A stretch of DNA of 34,357 nt, taken from Bacteroidota bacterium. Its GTDB lineage: Bacteria > Bacteroidota > Bacteroidia > Cytophagales > Amoebophilaceae. The DNA is taken from the NCBI GenBank assembly GCA_039819605.1, contig JBCBRR010000001.1:1-34357 (forward strand), given 5' to 3'. The notes below the pieces were generated by a model. It saw only the letters and a list, made by a program, of their open reading frames with translations. It was not told the DNA's origin and made no database searches. Positions 16,420 to 25,194 of this stretch are shown here, piece by piece. Numbering within the stretch: position 1 is the stretch's first letter; every line of letters begins with the position of its first letter. Position numbers and translations under genes: made by a program.

Positions 16420-18489
16420 ATGAATACCAAAAATATACCGTGTAAGATAGGTTTTGTAGCACTCATGATGGTACTTGCTGTGGCTGCCAGCTGTCATGTG
16501 CATACTCCTGATGAAGCGCAATACCAGGCGCAGGTGGCAGAAAGAGATATCCTGGATCCTCTTTTATCGGATCATGATCATCTAGAAGAGCACCATGGGC
16601 AGTGCCTGGTGAAAGTTATGCAGCCCCAGGAAGATACCCAGGTAGACCTAGATCTGGATACGTTAGAAGCGACAGATCCATTGATCCTAGCAGCTAAGTG
16701 CCCCTTTACTTCGTCAGGTTACAGCTATTTCACACCGCTTATGTATGCTATCAGGCTACAAGCCATGCCGGCTGTAAAAAGTATGTTAGCCGCGTATGAT
16801 ACCTTAGGTAAGGACCATAAGCTCGATAAGATCAAGTTTTCGATTCCATCTGATATACAAAATACCAGGCCCCCAAATGCGGGCTACACGGCCTTGCTAA
16901 TGGCCCTTATATTCCAAAATGTGGATGCAGTCCAGCTCCTTGTAGCAAATGGTGCTCCTGTCAACATGCACTTTGAGCAAGCCGTAGGCGAGCTGGGCGG
17001 CAGTACCCCTATACATGTAGGCGTGGCTACCCAAAATGCGTTAGTTGTGGAGGCCATGCTGGTTAGGGCTTTGCAATCCGTAGATCTAGAGGTGCAAGAT
17101 TCCAAAAACGGGTCCACACCCCTAGATCTGTCCCTGTCTAGAAATTACATGAATGTGGCAAAATGCCTCTTAGAGTATGGAGCGGACCCGAACCGTGTAG
17201 ACCACACCTTAGGTTGGCGTCCTTTGTCTAGAGCTATCCTAAAAAAAGACCCAGCGATGGTAGAACTATTGTTGTCCTACGGTGCCAATCCTTACCTGAC
17301 GGATGCGTCAGTCAGCACACCCCTGCACATGGCTATTTTAGCGCCCAGCCCACCTATCGTTAAGCTACTCGTAAGGTATGGAGTCGATATCAACACGCTG
17401 CTCTGTAGTGCTATCACAGAACGACAAGATCTGGCACTGGTAGAAGCAATTTTATCATATCCTGAAGTAAATGTCAATCACCCCATGTATGATACTGGCT
17501 GCACAGCCCTGCACTTAGCCGTTATACAAGGATTTGATCTGTTAGAGCACGAAAAAGCCTATAACAACCTGTTGAGTATACTGCGGTGTCTGCTATCCTG
17601 CCCCAGGACAAATGTCAACGCACAAAAGAAAGATGGCAATACGGCTTTACACTTTACTATTATGCTAGACCGCCCAGCTATGACAGAGGCAATGCTAGAA
17701 TATCATCCGGATCGTCTGGTCGAGCTGAATGTGAATATAAGAAATAATCAAGGAGAGGCACCTTTGCACAGAGCCTTACGTCAGGCGATAGAATGCCATG
17801 ATAAGGTGAGCAACGACAAAGCTTTACGATGTCTAAGCTTGCTCTTAGAGCAACCTCGGATAGATGTCAACCTGAAAAACAGGAATGGATATACCCCCTT
17901 ACACCTAGCTTTCGCAGCTCATAGGCGAGATCTCGTGCAGCTATTGTCGGCGCATCCTACGGCGGATTTTAACGCGGAAGACAGTCAAGGCAACACTCTT
18001 TTGCATAGGGCTGTTGAAATGTGTTCCTTGAGTTTGGTACAGCAACTCTTACGCAGTAACAAAACCAATGTCAATGCGCAGAACAAGTTGGGTAATACGC
18101 CTTTACACCTAATAGCTCTGAGCAATATGTCCTCAATAACCAGAGCCTTGATGGAGCGTTATGATATACGACCCAATATACAGAACCGGGAGGGCGCAGC
18201 GCCCATACATTCAGTAGTATATTGTAATGCCCTGAACGTATTGCCTATCTTGTTGTCAGATGAGCGGGTAGACTTGGACATAAGAGACCTGGAAGGGTAT
18301 ACGCCTCTGCACTTAGCTATTCTCTACGGTAGGCAAAAACGAGAGGCTGCAGAGATGCTGCTACGTACCCCCAGGCTAGATCTAAGTATAAGCGATGAAA
18401 ATGGTGACACGGCCTTGGACTTAGCCAAAGAATATGGCAGTGAAGAATCCGTAATATCTATGTTCTTAGAACGTATGTCCATGAGCTAG
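16420..18489 (+). CDS. Ankyrin-repeat lipoprotein, tandem paralogue A
   Basis: 689 aa. Signal plus lipobox ...LAVAAS-C (Cys25, nt 16492-16494). Many ANK units (G.TPLH.A......V..LL..GA..N), e.g. NGSTPLDLSL, DGNTALHFTI, NGYTPLHLAF, QGNTLLHRAV, LGNTPLHLIA, EGYTPLHLAI. Only 21 nt separate it from the SPOR stop. Confidence 0.9.
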   Translation: MNTKNIPCKIGFVALMMVLAVAASCHVHTPDEAQYQAQVAERDILDPLLSDHDHLEEHHGQCLVKVMQPQEDTQVDLDLDTLEATDPLILAAKCPFTSSGYSYFTPLMYAIRLQAMPAVKSMLAAYDTLGKDHKLDKIKFSIPSDIQNTRPPNAGYTALLMALIFQNVDAVQLLVANGAPVNMHFEQAVGELGGSTPIHVGVATQNALVVEAMLVRALQSVDLEVQDSKNGSTPLDLSLSRNYMNVAKCLLEYGADPNRVDHTLGWRPLSRAILKKDPAMVELLLSYGANPYLTDASVSTPLHMAILAPSPPIVKLLVRYGVDINTLLCSAITERQDLALVEAILSYPEVNVNHPMYDTGCTALHLAVIQGFDLLEHEKAYNNLLSILRCLLSCPRTNVNAQKKDGNTALHFTIMLDRPAMTEAMLEYHPDRLVELNVNIRNNQGEAPLHRALRQAIECHDKVSNDKALRCLSLLLEQPRIDVNLKNRNGYTPLHLAFAAHRRDLVQLLSAHPTADFNAEDSQGNTLLHRAVEMCSLSLVQQLLRSNKTNVNAQNKLGNTPLHLIALSNMSSITRALMERYDIRPNIQNREGAAPIHSVVYCNALNVLPILLSDERVDLDIRDLEGYTPLHLAILYGRQKREAAEMLLRTPRLDLSISDENGDTALDLAKEYGSEESVISMFLERMSMS

Positions 18490-18541
18490 ACACTCGCGGC
18501 AATGCCTAGGAGGTGACACAACTGAGAACCTTTTGGTCAAT

Positions 18542-21193
18542 ATGAATATACCGAATACACAACGTAAAGCTAGCTTATTAACACTAGTAGCTGCGCTTAC
18601 TGCAGCTGTAAGCTGCCATGTACATGCTCCTGATGAAGCGCAATACCAGGCACAGGTGGCAGAAAGAGACATCCTGTACCCTCTTTTATCGGATCATGAT
18701 CATCTAGAAGAGCACCATGGGCAGTGCCTAGTAAAAGTTATGCAACCCCAAGGCATGGCTGCGCTAGACGTAGCTATGGATGCGTTAGAAACCACAGATC
18801 CATTGATTATAGCTGCCAAATATCCTTTTATATTGCCAGGCAGTATCTATTTCACGCCCCTGATGTATGCCATTAGCCTAGAAGCCCTACCAGCTGTCAG
18901 AAATATGTTGGCTGCGTATGGTGACTTAGGTGAAGATTATAAAATCGATAAGATCAAGTTTTCGATTCCATCTGATATACAAAATACCAGGCCCCCAAAT
19001 GCGGGCTACACGGCCTTGCTGATGGCTCTTATATTCCAAAATGTGGATGTAGCCCAGCTCCTTGTAGCAAATGGTGCTCCTGTCAACATGCACTTTGATC
19101 AAGCCGTAGGCGAGCTGGGCGGCAGTACCCCTATGCATGTAGGCGTGGCTACCCAAAATGCCTTAGTTGTAGAGGCTATGCTGGTTGGGGCTTTGCAACC
19201 CGTAGATCTAGAGGTGCAAGATTCCAAAAACGGGTCCACACCCCTAGATCTGTCCCTGTCTAGAAACTACATCAATGTGGCAAAGTGCCTCCTGGAGCAT
19301 GGAGCCAATCCCAACAGTGTAGACCGCACCCTAGGTTGGCGTCCTCTAGTTAGACCTATCCTGAAACAAGACCTAGCCATGGTAAAGCTGCTGATGTCCC
19401 ATGGAGCCAATCCCTACCTACCCAATTATGATGTCGAAGGTACCCCCTGTTTGTATAGAGCCCTTGTACAGCCCTGTACAGCCAGGTTAGACCTAGTGAG
19501 GCTGCTTTTTGACTATGTGGTAGACAAGTGTATGACAGATGCGTATGGAGCAGAGATTGAGACAGACATTAACTTCCGGTTCAAGGATGGCACAACCCCC
19601 CTTCATGTGGCTGTTTTGCAGGATGATATAGAGCTGATAAGGCTCATTTTGGACCTAGGGTCGGATGTGGACCCTGAGGATATATTAGGCAATAGACCCC
19701 TGCATATGGCTATTGTAGCGAACAGTCAGCCTATCGTTGAGTTACTCGTAAGGTATGGAGCCGACATCAATGCACGCGCCCTAAATGGCAAGTCGCCACT
19801 GGAGCGGGCAGCTGAGCTCAATCAGGTAGGGATAATAAAATTCCTTGTGGACCAAGGTGGGTATAAGTATGTAACAGACCCTCGTTATACAGATGAGTAC
19901 TTACCGCTGCTAGATGCGCCATCTCGTGACGAGTTAGGTGCCTACTTGGATCATTTACGTGACCCCGGTAGATTGCGAAGGTTCGAAGTAGTAAAAGATC
20001 AGCTAGATCAGCTACGTCGAGATAACTATGGCACGCCAGCACTGCTAGACAGGCTAGCTACTGACTATGTCAGTGCGCTAGACAACGATGTCAAGTCGGG
20101 TAAAGAGACGATGCTGCATTGGGCTGTTATCCGACGTGAGACGAGTCTTTTTCCGCCGCTCATAAATATGGGAGCTAATATTAATAATGTGAAGACATCG
20201 TCGCAAGGTTATACACTGCTGCATCACGTTTTTATGGAGCAACAAAATCTAGTGCTGCAAGATCTGGTGCTGCTAGAAGAGTTGTTCTTATCTTATCCTG
20301 AGGTAAACGTCAATCAGCGCATGGGCTATGGTAGATTTACACCGCTTCATCTGACTGTGATCCAAGGATTTGGCCTAACAGAACGGTTGTACGATAAATT
20401 GCTGCATATATTAAGGCGCCTCTTGGCGTTCCGTAAGACAAATGTTAACGCCAAGAGCAGAGATGGGAATACCGCATTGCACTTTGCTATCATGTCAGAT
20501 CGCCCAGCCATGGCAAGAGAAATCCTAGAACATAGTATGCTAGAACTTAGAGAACATAGTCTGCTAAAGCTGAATGTAAAGAATAAAAAGGGTGATGTAC
20601 CTTTACACGTGGCCGTATCCGCTGCTAAGCAAGATCTTGTTCATACCTTGTTAGCACACCCCAAGATAGATTTGAATGTAGAAGACAGTTATGGTAACAC
20701 TCCCTTACACAGAGCCATTGAAATACGTTCCTTAAACTTGGTACAGCAACTCTTACGCAAGAGCCAAACCAATGTCAATGCGCAAGACAAACTAGGTAAC
20801 ACGCCCTTACACCTAGCAGCGTCAGCTAACATGGCCTCAATAACCAGGGCCTTGCTGGAGCGTCATGACATACGACCCGATATACAGAACTTAGAGGGTG
20901 ATGCGCCTATACACTCGGTAGTGTGGTGTGATGCGCTAACGGTGCTAGCTATACTGGCTTCCGATGAGCGAGTAAACTTGAATCTGAGAGATTCAGAAGG
21001 GCATACCCCTTTGCATTTAGCCATTTGCTACAGTAATGGAAAACAAGAAGCCATAGAGACCTTGCTACGTGCCCCCAGGTTAGATCTAAGTACAGGTGAT
21101 CCGGATGGTGGTACATTCCTAGACCTAGCCAGGCAGTATAACTGTGGAGAAGTCATAGCCCCCATGCTGCTAGAACGTATGGGGGTGAACTAG
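18542..21193 (+). CDS. Ankyrin-repeat lipoprotein, tandem paralogue B
   Basis: The ORF track starts at TTG 18533. ATG 18542 aligns with the paralogue A start (MN.PN/MNTKN) and also places the lipobox Cys (TAAVS-C, nt 18614-18616) at residue 25. There are ANK units throughout, plus two segments absent from A. Confidence 0.9.
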   Translation: MNIPNTQRKASLLTLVAALTAAVSCHVHAPDEAQYQAQVAERDILYPLLSDHDHLEEHHGQCLVKVMQPQGMAALDVAMDALETTDPLIIAAKYPFILPGSIYFTPLMYAISLEALPAVRNMLAAYGDLGEDYKIDKIKFSIPSDIQNTRPPNAGYTALLMALIFQNVDVAQLLVANGAPVNMHFDQAVGELGGSTPMHVGVATQNALVVEAMLVGALQPVDLEVQDSKNGSTPLDLSLSRNYINVAKCLLEHGANPNSVDRTLGWRPLVRPILKQDLAMVKLLMSHGANPYLPNYDVEGTPCLYRALVQPCTARLDLVRLLFDYVVDKCMTDAYGAEIETDINFRFKDGTTPLHVAVLQDDIELIRLILDLGSDVDPEDILGNRPLHMAIVANSQPIVELLVRYGADINARALNGKSPLERAAELNQVGIIKFLVDQGGYKYVTDPRYTDEYLPLLDAPSRDELGAYLDHLRDPGRLRRFEVVKDQLDQLRRDNYGTPALLDRLATDYVSALDNDVKSGKETMLHWAVIRRETSLFPPLINMGANINNVKTSSQGYTLLHHVFMEQQNLVLQDLVLLEELFLSYPEVNVNQRMGYGRFTPLHLTVIQGFGLTERLYDKLLHILRRLLAFRKTNVNAKSRDGNTALHFAIMSDRPAMAREILEHSMLELREHSLLKLNVKNKKGDVPLHVAVSAAKQDLVHTLLAHPKIDLNVEDSYGNTPLHRAIEIRSLNLVQQLLRKSQTNVNAQDKLGNTPLHLAASANMASITRALLERHDIRPDIQNLEGDAPIHSVVWCDALTVLAILASDERVNLNLRDSEGHTPLHLAICYSNGKQEAIETLLRAPRLDLSTGDPDGGTFLDLARQYNCGEVIAPMLLERMGVN

Positions 21194-21219
21194 GATCAGC
21201 TTTGTAGATTAAATGTCCA

Positions 21220-22191
21220 ATGCAGCAGCCCAAAGAAGAACTTTTACAAATATTACACAGCCCTCACGATGCCTTGTTTAAGAAAAGCATGGCAGATGCG
21301 AGCGTAGCTACGCATCTACTGAAAAAGCACCTGCCACAGCATATAAAAAACCTACCTGATTGGGATACGATGCGGCATGTCAACAAGAGCGTAGTCAAGG
21401 AAGTTCTCTCGCACCTACATGCAGATATGGTATGGCAGTGTACGGTACGAAACAGTGATACCCATATCTATGCTTTGGTGGAGCATCAGAGTACTCCCGA
21501 TCGGTTATTACCCTTTCGTGTGACGCAGTATGACACAGCTCTCATGGGGCAACATTTGGAACAGCGGCATAAGGAACTACCCATCATTGCCAATGTTTGT
21601 CTTTATGCTGGCAAGAGGACTCCGTATCCGTATCCGTATTCCATTGACTTGTACGATTGTTTTGAAGACCCAGTGCTCGCTAGGCAGTGCATGGGCAACC
21701 CTTTTACGTTGGTATTGGTTGACCTGAACACTTTTTCAGAAGCTGAGTTAATGCAGCACGGTACAGCTGATATGTTGCAGATTCTGTTGAAGCAGGGTAT
21801 TCAACGCAGTTTTCTACCGTGGATCAAGTCAAATCCGGACATGATCCGTCGATTGAGCCAGCGTTCATATTGGGTGAGCGGTATACATTACATGCTAGGT
21901 GTAGAAGCAAAAGATGACCCAGCAGAGCTTAAAAAAGCGATTATAGCAATAGCGCCAGAAAAGAAGGAGGAAATTATGACAGCAGCACAGAAGTTGTGGG
22001 ATGGGGGTAAGGAAGAAGGTAGAGTAGAAGGCAGGGTAGAAGGTAGAGTAGAAGGTAAGCAAGAAAACCAGTTAAGCATAGCCAGAAATATGCTTCGCGA
22101 AAAGGTAAACAGTGAGCAAATCAGTAAATGGACAGGACTAGATTTGATGCAAATAGCAACATTAGCCTATGATCAAGAAGCCGTCCAATAG
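21220..22191 (+). CDS. Rpn/YhgA-family PD-(D/E)XK recombination-promoting nuclease / putative transposase
   Basis: 323 aa. HDALFKK N-terminal motif, HADMVW.....IYALVEHQS....LPFRV..Y core, and a C-terminal E/G-rich repeat plus helix (GRVEGRVEGRVEGKQENQLSIARNMLREK), typical of this family. Confidence 0.8.
   Translation: MQQPKEELLQILHSPHDALFKKSMADASVATHLLKKHLPQHIKNLPDWDTMRHVNKSVVKEVLSHLHADMVWQCTVRNSDTHIYALVEHQSTPDRLLPFRVTQYDTALMGQHLEQRHKELPIIANVCLYAGKRTPYPYPYSIDLYDCFEDPVLARQCMGNPFTLVLVDLNTFSEAELMQHGTADMLQILLKQGIQRSFLPWIKSNPDMIRRLSQRSYWVSGIHYMLGVEAKDDPAELKKAIIAIAPEKKEEIMTAAQKLWDGGKEEGRVEGRVEGRVEGKQENQLSIARNMLREKVNSEQISKWTGLDLMQIATLAYDQEAVQ
22015..22056 (+). repeat. In-frame 12-bp tandem repeat (3.5 copies) encoding (EGRV)n in the Rpn C-terminus
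   Basis: gaaggtagagta / gaaggcagggta / gaaggtagagta / gaaggt, read directly from the sequence. Confidence 0.9.
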
Positions 22192-23018
22192 TAGGGATAG
22201 CTAAAAAACAGAAAATGTATCGAATTGAGCAAGAAATGAACTAAAACGGACGCCTCAATGGTCCTTGTGTACTTATAAGCTAAGCCGTAAAAGAAACCTG
22301 CTAGAGACGCCAAAGCCACATACCCTAGCCCGCCTGCAAAATGGGCTGCGCCAAAAAAGAGTGATGCCAATATAAGACCCGCCCATTCGGCATGTGTCCA
22401 TCTGGAGAAAAGTGTACACAACGTGCTTTGGATATATCCTCTAAAGAATACCTCTTCCCCTACGCAGACTACAAGCAGGTTATTGACTGCCCATAAGATA
22501 TAATTTGTCGTAAACTTGAGGTCAAAAGTGATGAATTGGGTGGTCATACCTATCGGAACTAGTATACAAATCAGGGGCAGCAAAGATCGGGATACACCCG
22601 CTACGTATCGCGGCCAAGTACTTTGCAGGGTCAGTCTTTTGCCAAAAAAGAGTAGGAAGAGTACAGCGAATAGTGGCTTGTCAAAATTGAGAAATAGGGT
22701 GAAAGGTGCTGAATTGCTGCTAAGTCGAATAGCATCCCAGACCTTGATGTTGTTAAATCCAGGAACCCTATGGACGAAAAGTAACAGGGTTAGTACTACC
22801 ATGAAGACCGAGCTAACGAGCTTGCGGTAGCAGTTGGGATGTTGGCTCGAGTAAATAAGAGCTGCTAGGATGATGGCTATACCTACAGCACTGAGCTGTA
22901 GACAATTCGAATAAACACCAGAAACCAGAAACAAGCAGAAGCTTCCTATGGCCAAAGGCCGAAGCCTAGCATGCCATGTCAGTAAGACAGTAGATATTAA
23001 TAGGAAAAAAGTACTCAT
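22173..23018 (-). CDS. CPBP-family (CAAX/Abi-like) intramembrane glutamic endopeptidase
   Basis: 281-aa multi-pass membrane protein with EEVFFRGYI (EExxxR), FFGAAHF (FxxxH) and VLVHFLLN (HxxxN) motifs. Its 3' end overlaps the Rpn 3' end by 19 nt (convergent). Confidence 0.8.
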   Translation of the reverse strand: MSTFFLLISTVLLTWHARLRPLAIGSFCLFLVSGVYSNCLQLSAVGIAIILAALIYSSQHPNCYRKLVSSVFMVVLTLLLFVHRVPGFNNIKVWDAIRLSSNSAPFTLFLNFDKPLFAVLFLLFFGKRLTLQSTWPRYVAGVSRSLLPLICILVPIGMTTQFITFDLKFTTNYILWAVNNLLVVCVGEEVFFRGYIQSTLCTLFSRWTHAEWAGLILASLFFGAAHFAGGLGYVALASLAGFFYGLAYKYTRTIEASVLVHFLLNSIHFLFFSYPYYWTAS

Positions 23019-23111
23019 TTCTCTGGCGTATTTTTTCCAAAATAATATACTTTAGCGCTTTTTCCTAAATTAGCGCGTCACTACGAATCCACTATAGATT
23101 ACTTTTATACT

Positions 23112-25130
23112 ATGTACCAAACGAAAAATGCATGGCTACTGCTCATCATAGTGCTCGGTGTGCTGGGTTGCAGGAGCTATCAAGACCCTATTTTACCTAC
23201 GGGTACGATCCCAGATGATAGTATCTCTATCTTTTGGGATGCCCTCCGGGAAAATGACTTGCAAAACGTGTCCTATCACCTGATCCAGTATCCTGAGCTT
23301 GCCTCCGGCAACCTGGTTGTAAAAGATCCTGACGAAACGCTCTTTGGAGAAGTCCATACCCCGCTGACGTATGCTGCCTGGTATGGGAGTACAAAGTGTA
23401 TGCGTTATTTATTGCAAGAACACTTCCCGTTGCTGAATCGAAGCGTCAATTTTCAAGCCGAAGAAATCTTGGGTTTTGCCCGGCCCACCAATCAAGGACA
23501 GACCCCAACCATAACTGCCGTTAGGGCAGGTAGAGCCGAGGTAGTGCAAATGCTTGTAAGTTATAAACCTGACTTAGCATGGGCAGATGCAGAAGGGCGT
23601 ACCCCCTTAGAGTTCGCCGTGCAAGAGGGTCACCTAGAAATCACAGCAATGCTTTTGCAACATGGTGCTAACCCCAATCAGGCCAATAGCAAGGACAACA
23701 AGCGTGCGCCTATACATTTAGCTGCCACCTACCATGATGACCCGCGAATGCTCCAACTGCTTTTAGAACATAGAGCTAACATATATCAAAATGACTCAAC
23801 CGGATTGAATGTACTCCACTGGGCTGTGATCAGTGATAACCCCAAATGTGTGCGATACCTCATCCAGCAATACAAATGGATACGCCGCCTCGCTATACGC
23901 ATGGAGTTTCTCAGTTGGGCCATTAAGCAATCCCGATCATTAAAAACCATACGTTGTATCGTTAATCACGGGCACTGCAACGCTGGTATCCAAGCATGCT
24001 ACTTAGCTTGCTGCCCAGAGAATGGGCAATTGCTCATTAACCCTAGAAAAGACCTAGAGCGGTTCCCTTTGTATCAGGCCCTCAAGCAAAATAGATCTCA
24101 GGTCGTTCATTATCTTGCCCAACGCCACTGGCCTACCGATGTCAAATTAACCGAAGAGGGCATATGCCAAACCTTGCTTCATGTAGCGGCCCAGACACCA
24201 CCACATAATTGCGAGAAGGTGCGTGCTATCAAGTGTCTCATAAAACATGGGGCCAGACTAGATGTGCAAGATAGTTTGGGACGTACGCCTATAGACTGTA
24301 TCGAAGACACCGGAATCAGAGACGAGATCGTACAATACGCCCATAAAATCCGTAGTCCACAAACGCACACATTTGTATCAACACTCATTGCATTGATCCA
24401 AGAAGCTAATCAATCCGATGACGAAATACTCCAAGTAATGCAGCGTGGGTACGACAAAGACATACATGATCATTTCTATATTTTGCGTGCAGGAGGCGCA
24501 GCTCGGTTGATCTACTCCCCGCTGTTTATAGCCATCGTATATGAGAGACCGGCTGTCGTAAGATATTTGATTGAGCAAGGCGCATCTTTAGACGTATATG
24601 ATGATACAGGCTATACGCTATTGCACCATGCGCTCAAGCGACAGGTACCCCTCTCAATCATAGACCTACTCTTAGTAGGAGGGGCCGATGTCAATGCCAT
24701 GGACGACCTAGGGAATACGGCTTTACATCTAGCTGTCTTGGGTGAAAACCCGGATATTGCCCTAGTAGAGTTGCTCATGAAGCACGGCGCGGATCCTGAT
24801 ATTTATAACAGGAACAAGCAAGTACCTATGCATATGGCTGTGCAAAGAAATTATTGCCAAGTTGTAGAAATACTCTCGAAGTATCATGCAGATTTACATA
24901 TTACTGACAAAAGTGGTAATACACCCCTACATATAGCCATTAAAATACACAAGCAAGGCGAAGCAAGTCACAATATGATCACCATGGCTAAACTACTCTT
25001 GTCCTGCGGGGCCAACCCGTATCTGCGAAGCAGGCAGTGTTTGACACCTGCTGATTTGATGAGGCGGCATGCAGATGTGGCCATACGTATGCTCGAGGTG
25101 ATAACCATGCTCCCCGGGCTATCTGTATGA
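23112..25130 (+). CDS. Ankyrin-repeat lipoprotein C
   Basis: 672 aa. MYQTKNAWLLLIIVLGVLG-C (Cys20, nt 23169-23171). ANK units include EGRTPLEFAVQEGHLEITAMLLQHGANPN, TGYTLLHHAL, LGNTALHLAV and SGNTPLHIAI. Confidence 0.9.
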   Translation: MYQTKNAWLLLIIVLGVLGCRSYQDPILPTGTIPDDSISIFWDALRENDLQNVSYHLIQYPELASGNLVVKDPDETLFGEVHTPLTYAAWYGSTKCMRYLLQEHFPLLNRSVNFQAEEILGFARPTNQGQTPTITAVRAGRAEVVQMLVSYKPDLAWADAEGRTPLEFAVQEGHLEITAMLLQHGANPNQANSKDNKRAPIHLAATYHDDPRMLQLLLEHRANIYQNDSTGLNVLHWAVISDNPKCVRYLIQQYKWIRRLAIRMEFLSWAIKQSRSLKTIRCIVNHGHCNAGIQACYLACCPENGQLLINPRKDLERFPLYQALKQNRSQVVHYLAQRHWPTDVKLTEEGICQTLLHVAAQTPPHNCEKVRAIKCLIKHGARLDVQDSLGRTPIDCIEDTGIRDEIVQYAHKIRSPQTHTFVSTLIALIQEANQSDDEILQVMQRGYDKDIHDHFYILRAGGAARLIYSPLFIAIVYERPAVVRYLIEQGASLDVYDDTGYTLLHHALKRQVPLSIIDLLLVGGADVNAMDDLGNTALHLAVLGENPDIALVELLMKHGADPDIYNRNKQVPMHMAVQRNYCQVVEILSKYHADLHITDKSGNTPLHIAIKIHKQGEASHNMITMAKLLLSCGANPYLRSRQCLTPADLMRRHADVAIRMLEVITMLPGLSV

Positions 25131-25194
25131 CGTATGTGCCTCAAAATTGGGTTGTATTTTTTAGCACAGTGCTACCCAGCTAAACCTCAGTGAC

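Larger units (their letters stand above)
16420..21193 (+). repeat. Tandem segmental duplication (ANK-A / ANK-B) with mosaic identity
   Basis: The collinear 807-nt blocks 16492-17298 and 18614-19420 are near-identical, with long exact runs such as aagatcaagttttcgattccatctgatatacaaaataccaggcccccaaatgcgggctacacggccttgct in both. The 3' blocks ~17452-18489 and ~20288-21193 are also clearly homologous. The middle parts differ by whole-module insertions and deletions. Confidence 0.85.

Noticed and set aside
19975-19995. A ggttcgaag string resembling a tRNA T-arm.
   Set aside because: It lies inside the ANK-B reading frame and no cloverleaf can be drawn around it. I found no other tRNA-like T-loop or acceptor pattern in the window.
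22015-22056. The 12-bp tandem repeat in the Rpn gene as a possible phase-variation tract.
   Set aside because: The unit is a multiple of three, so slippage cannot switch the frame. E/G/R-rich repeats at this position are a normal feature of Rpn/YhgA C-termini.
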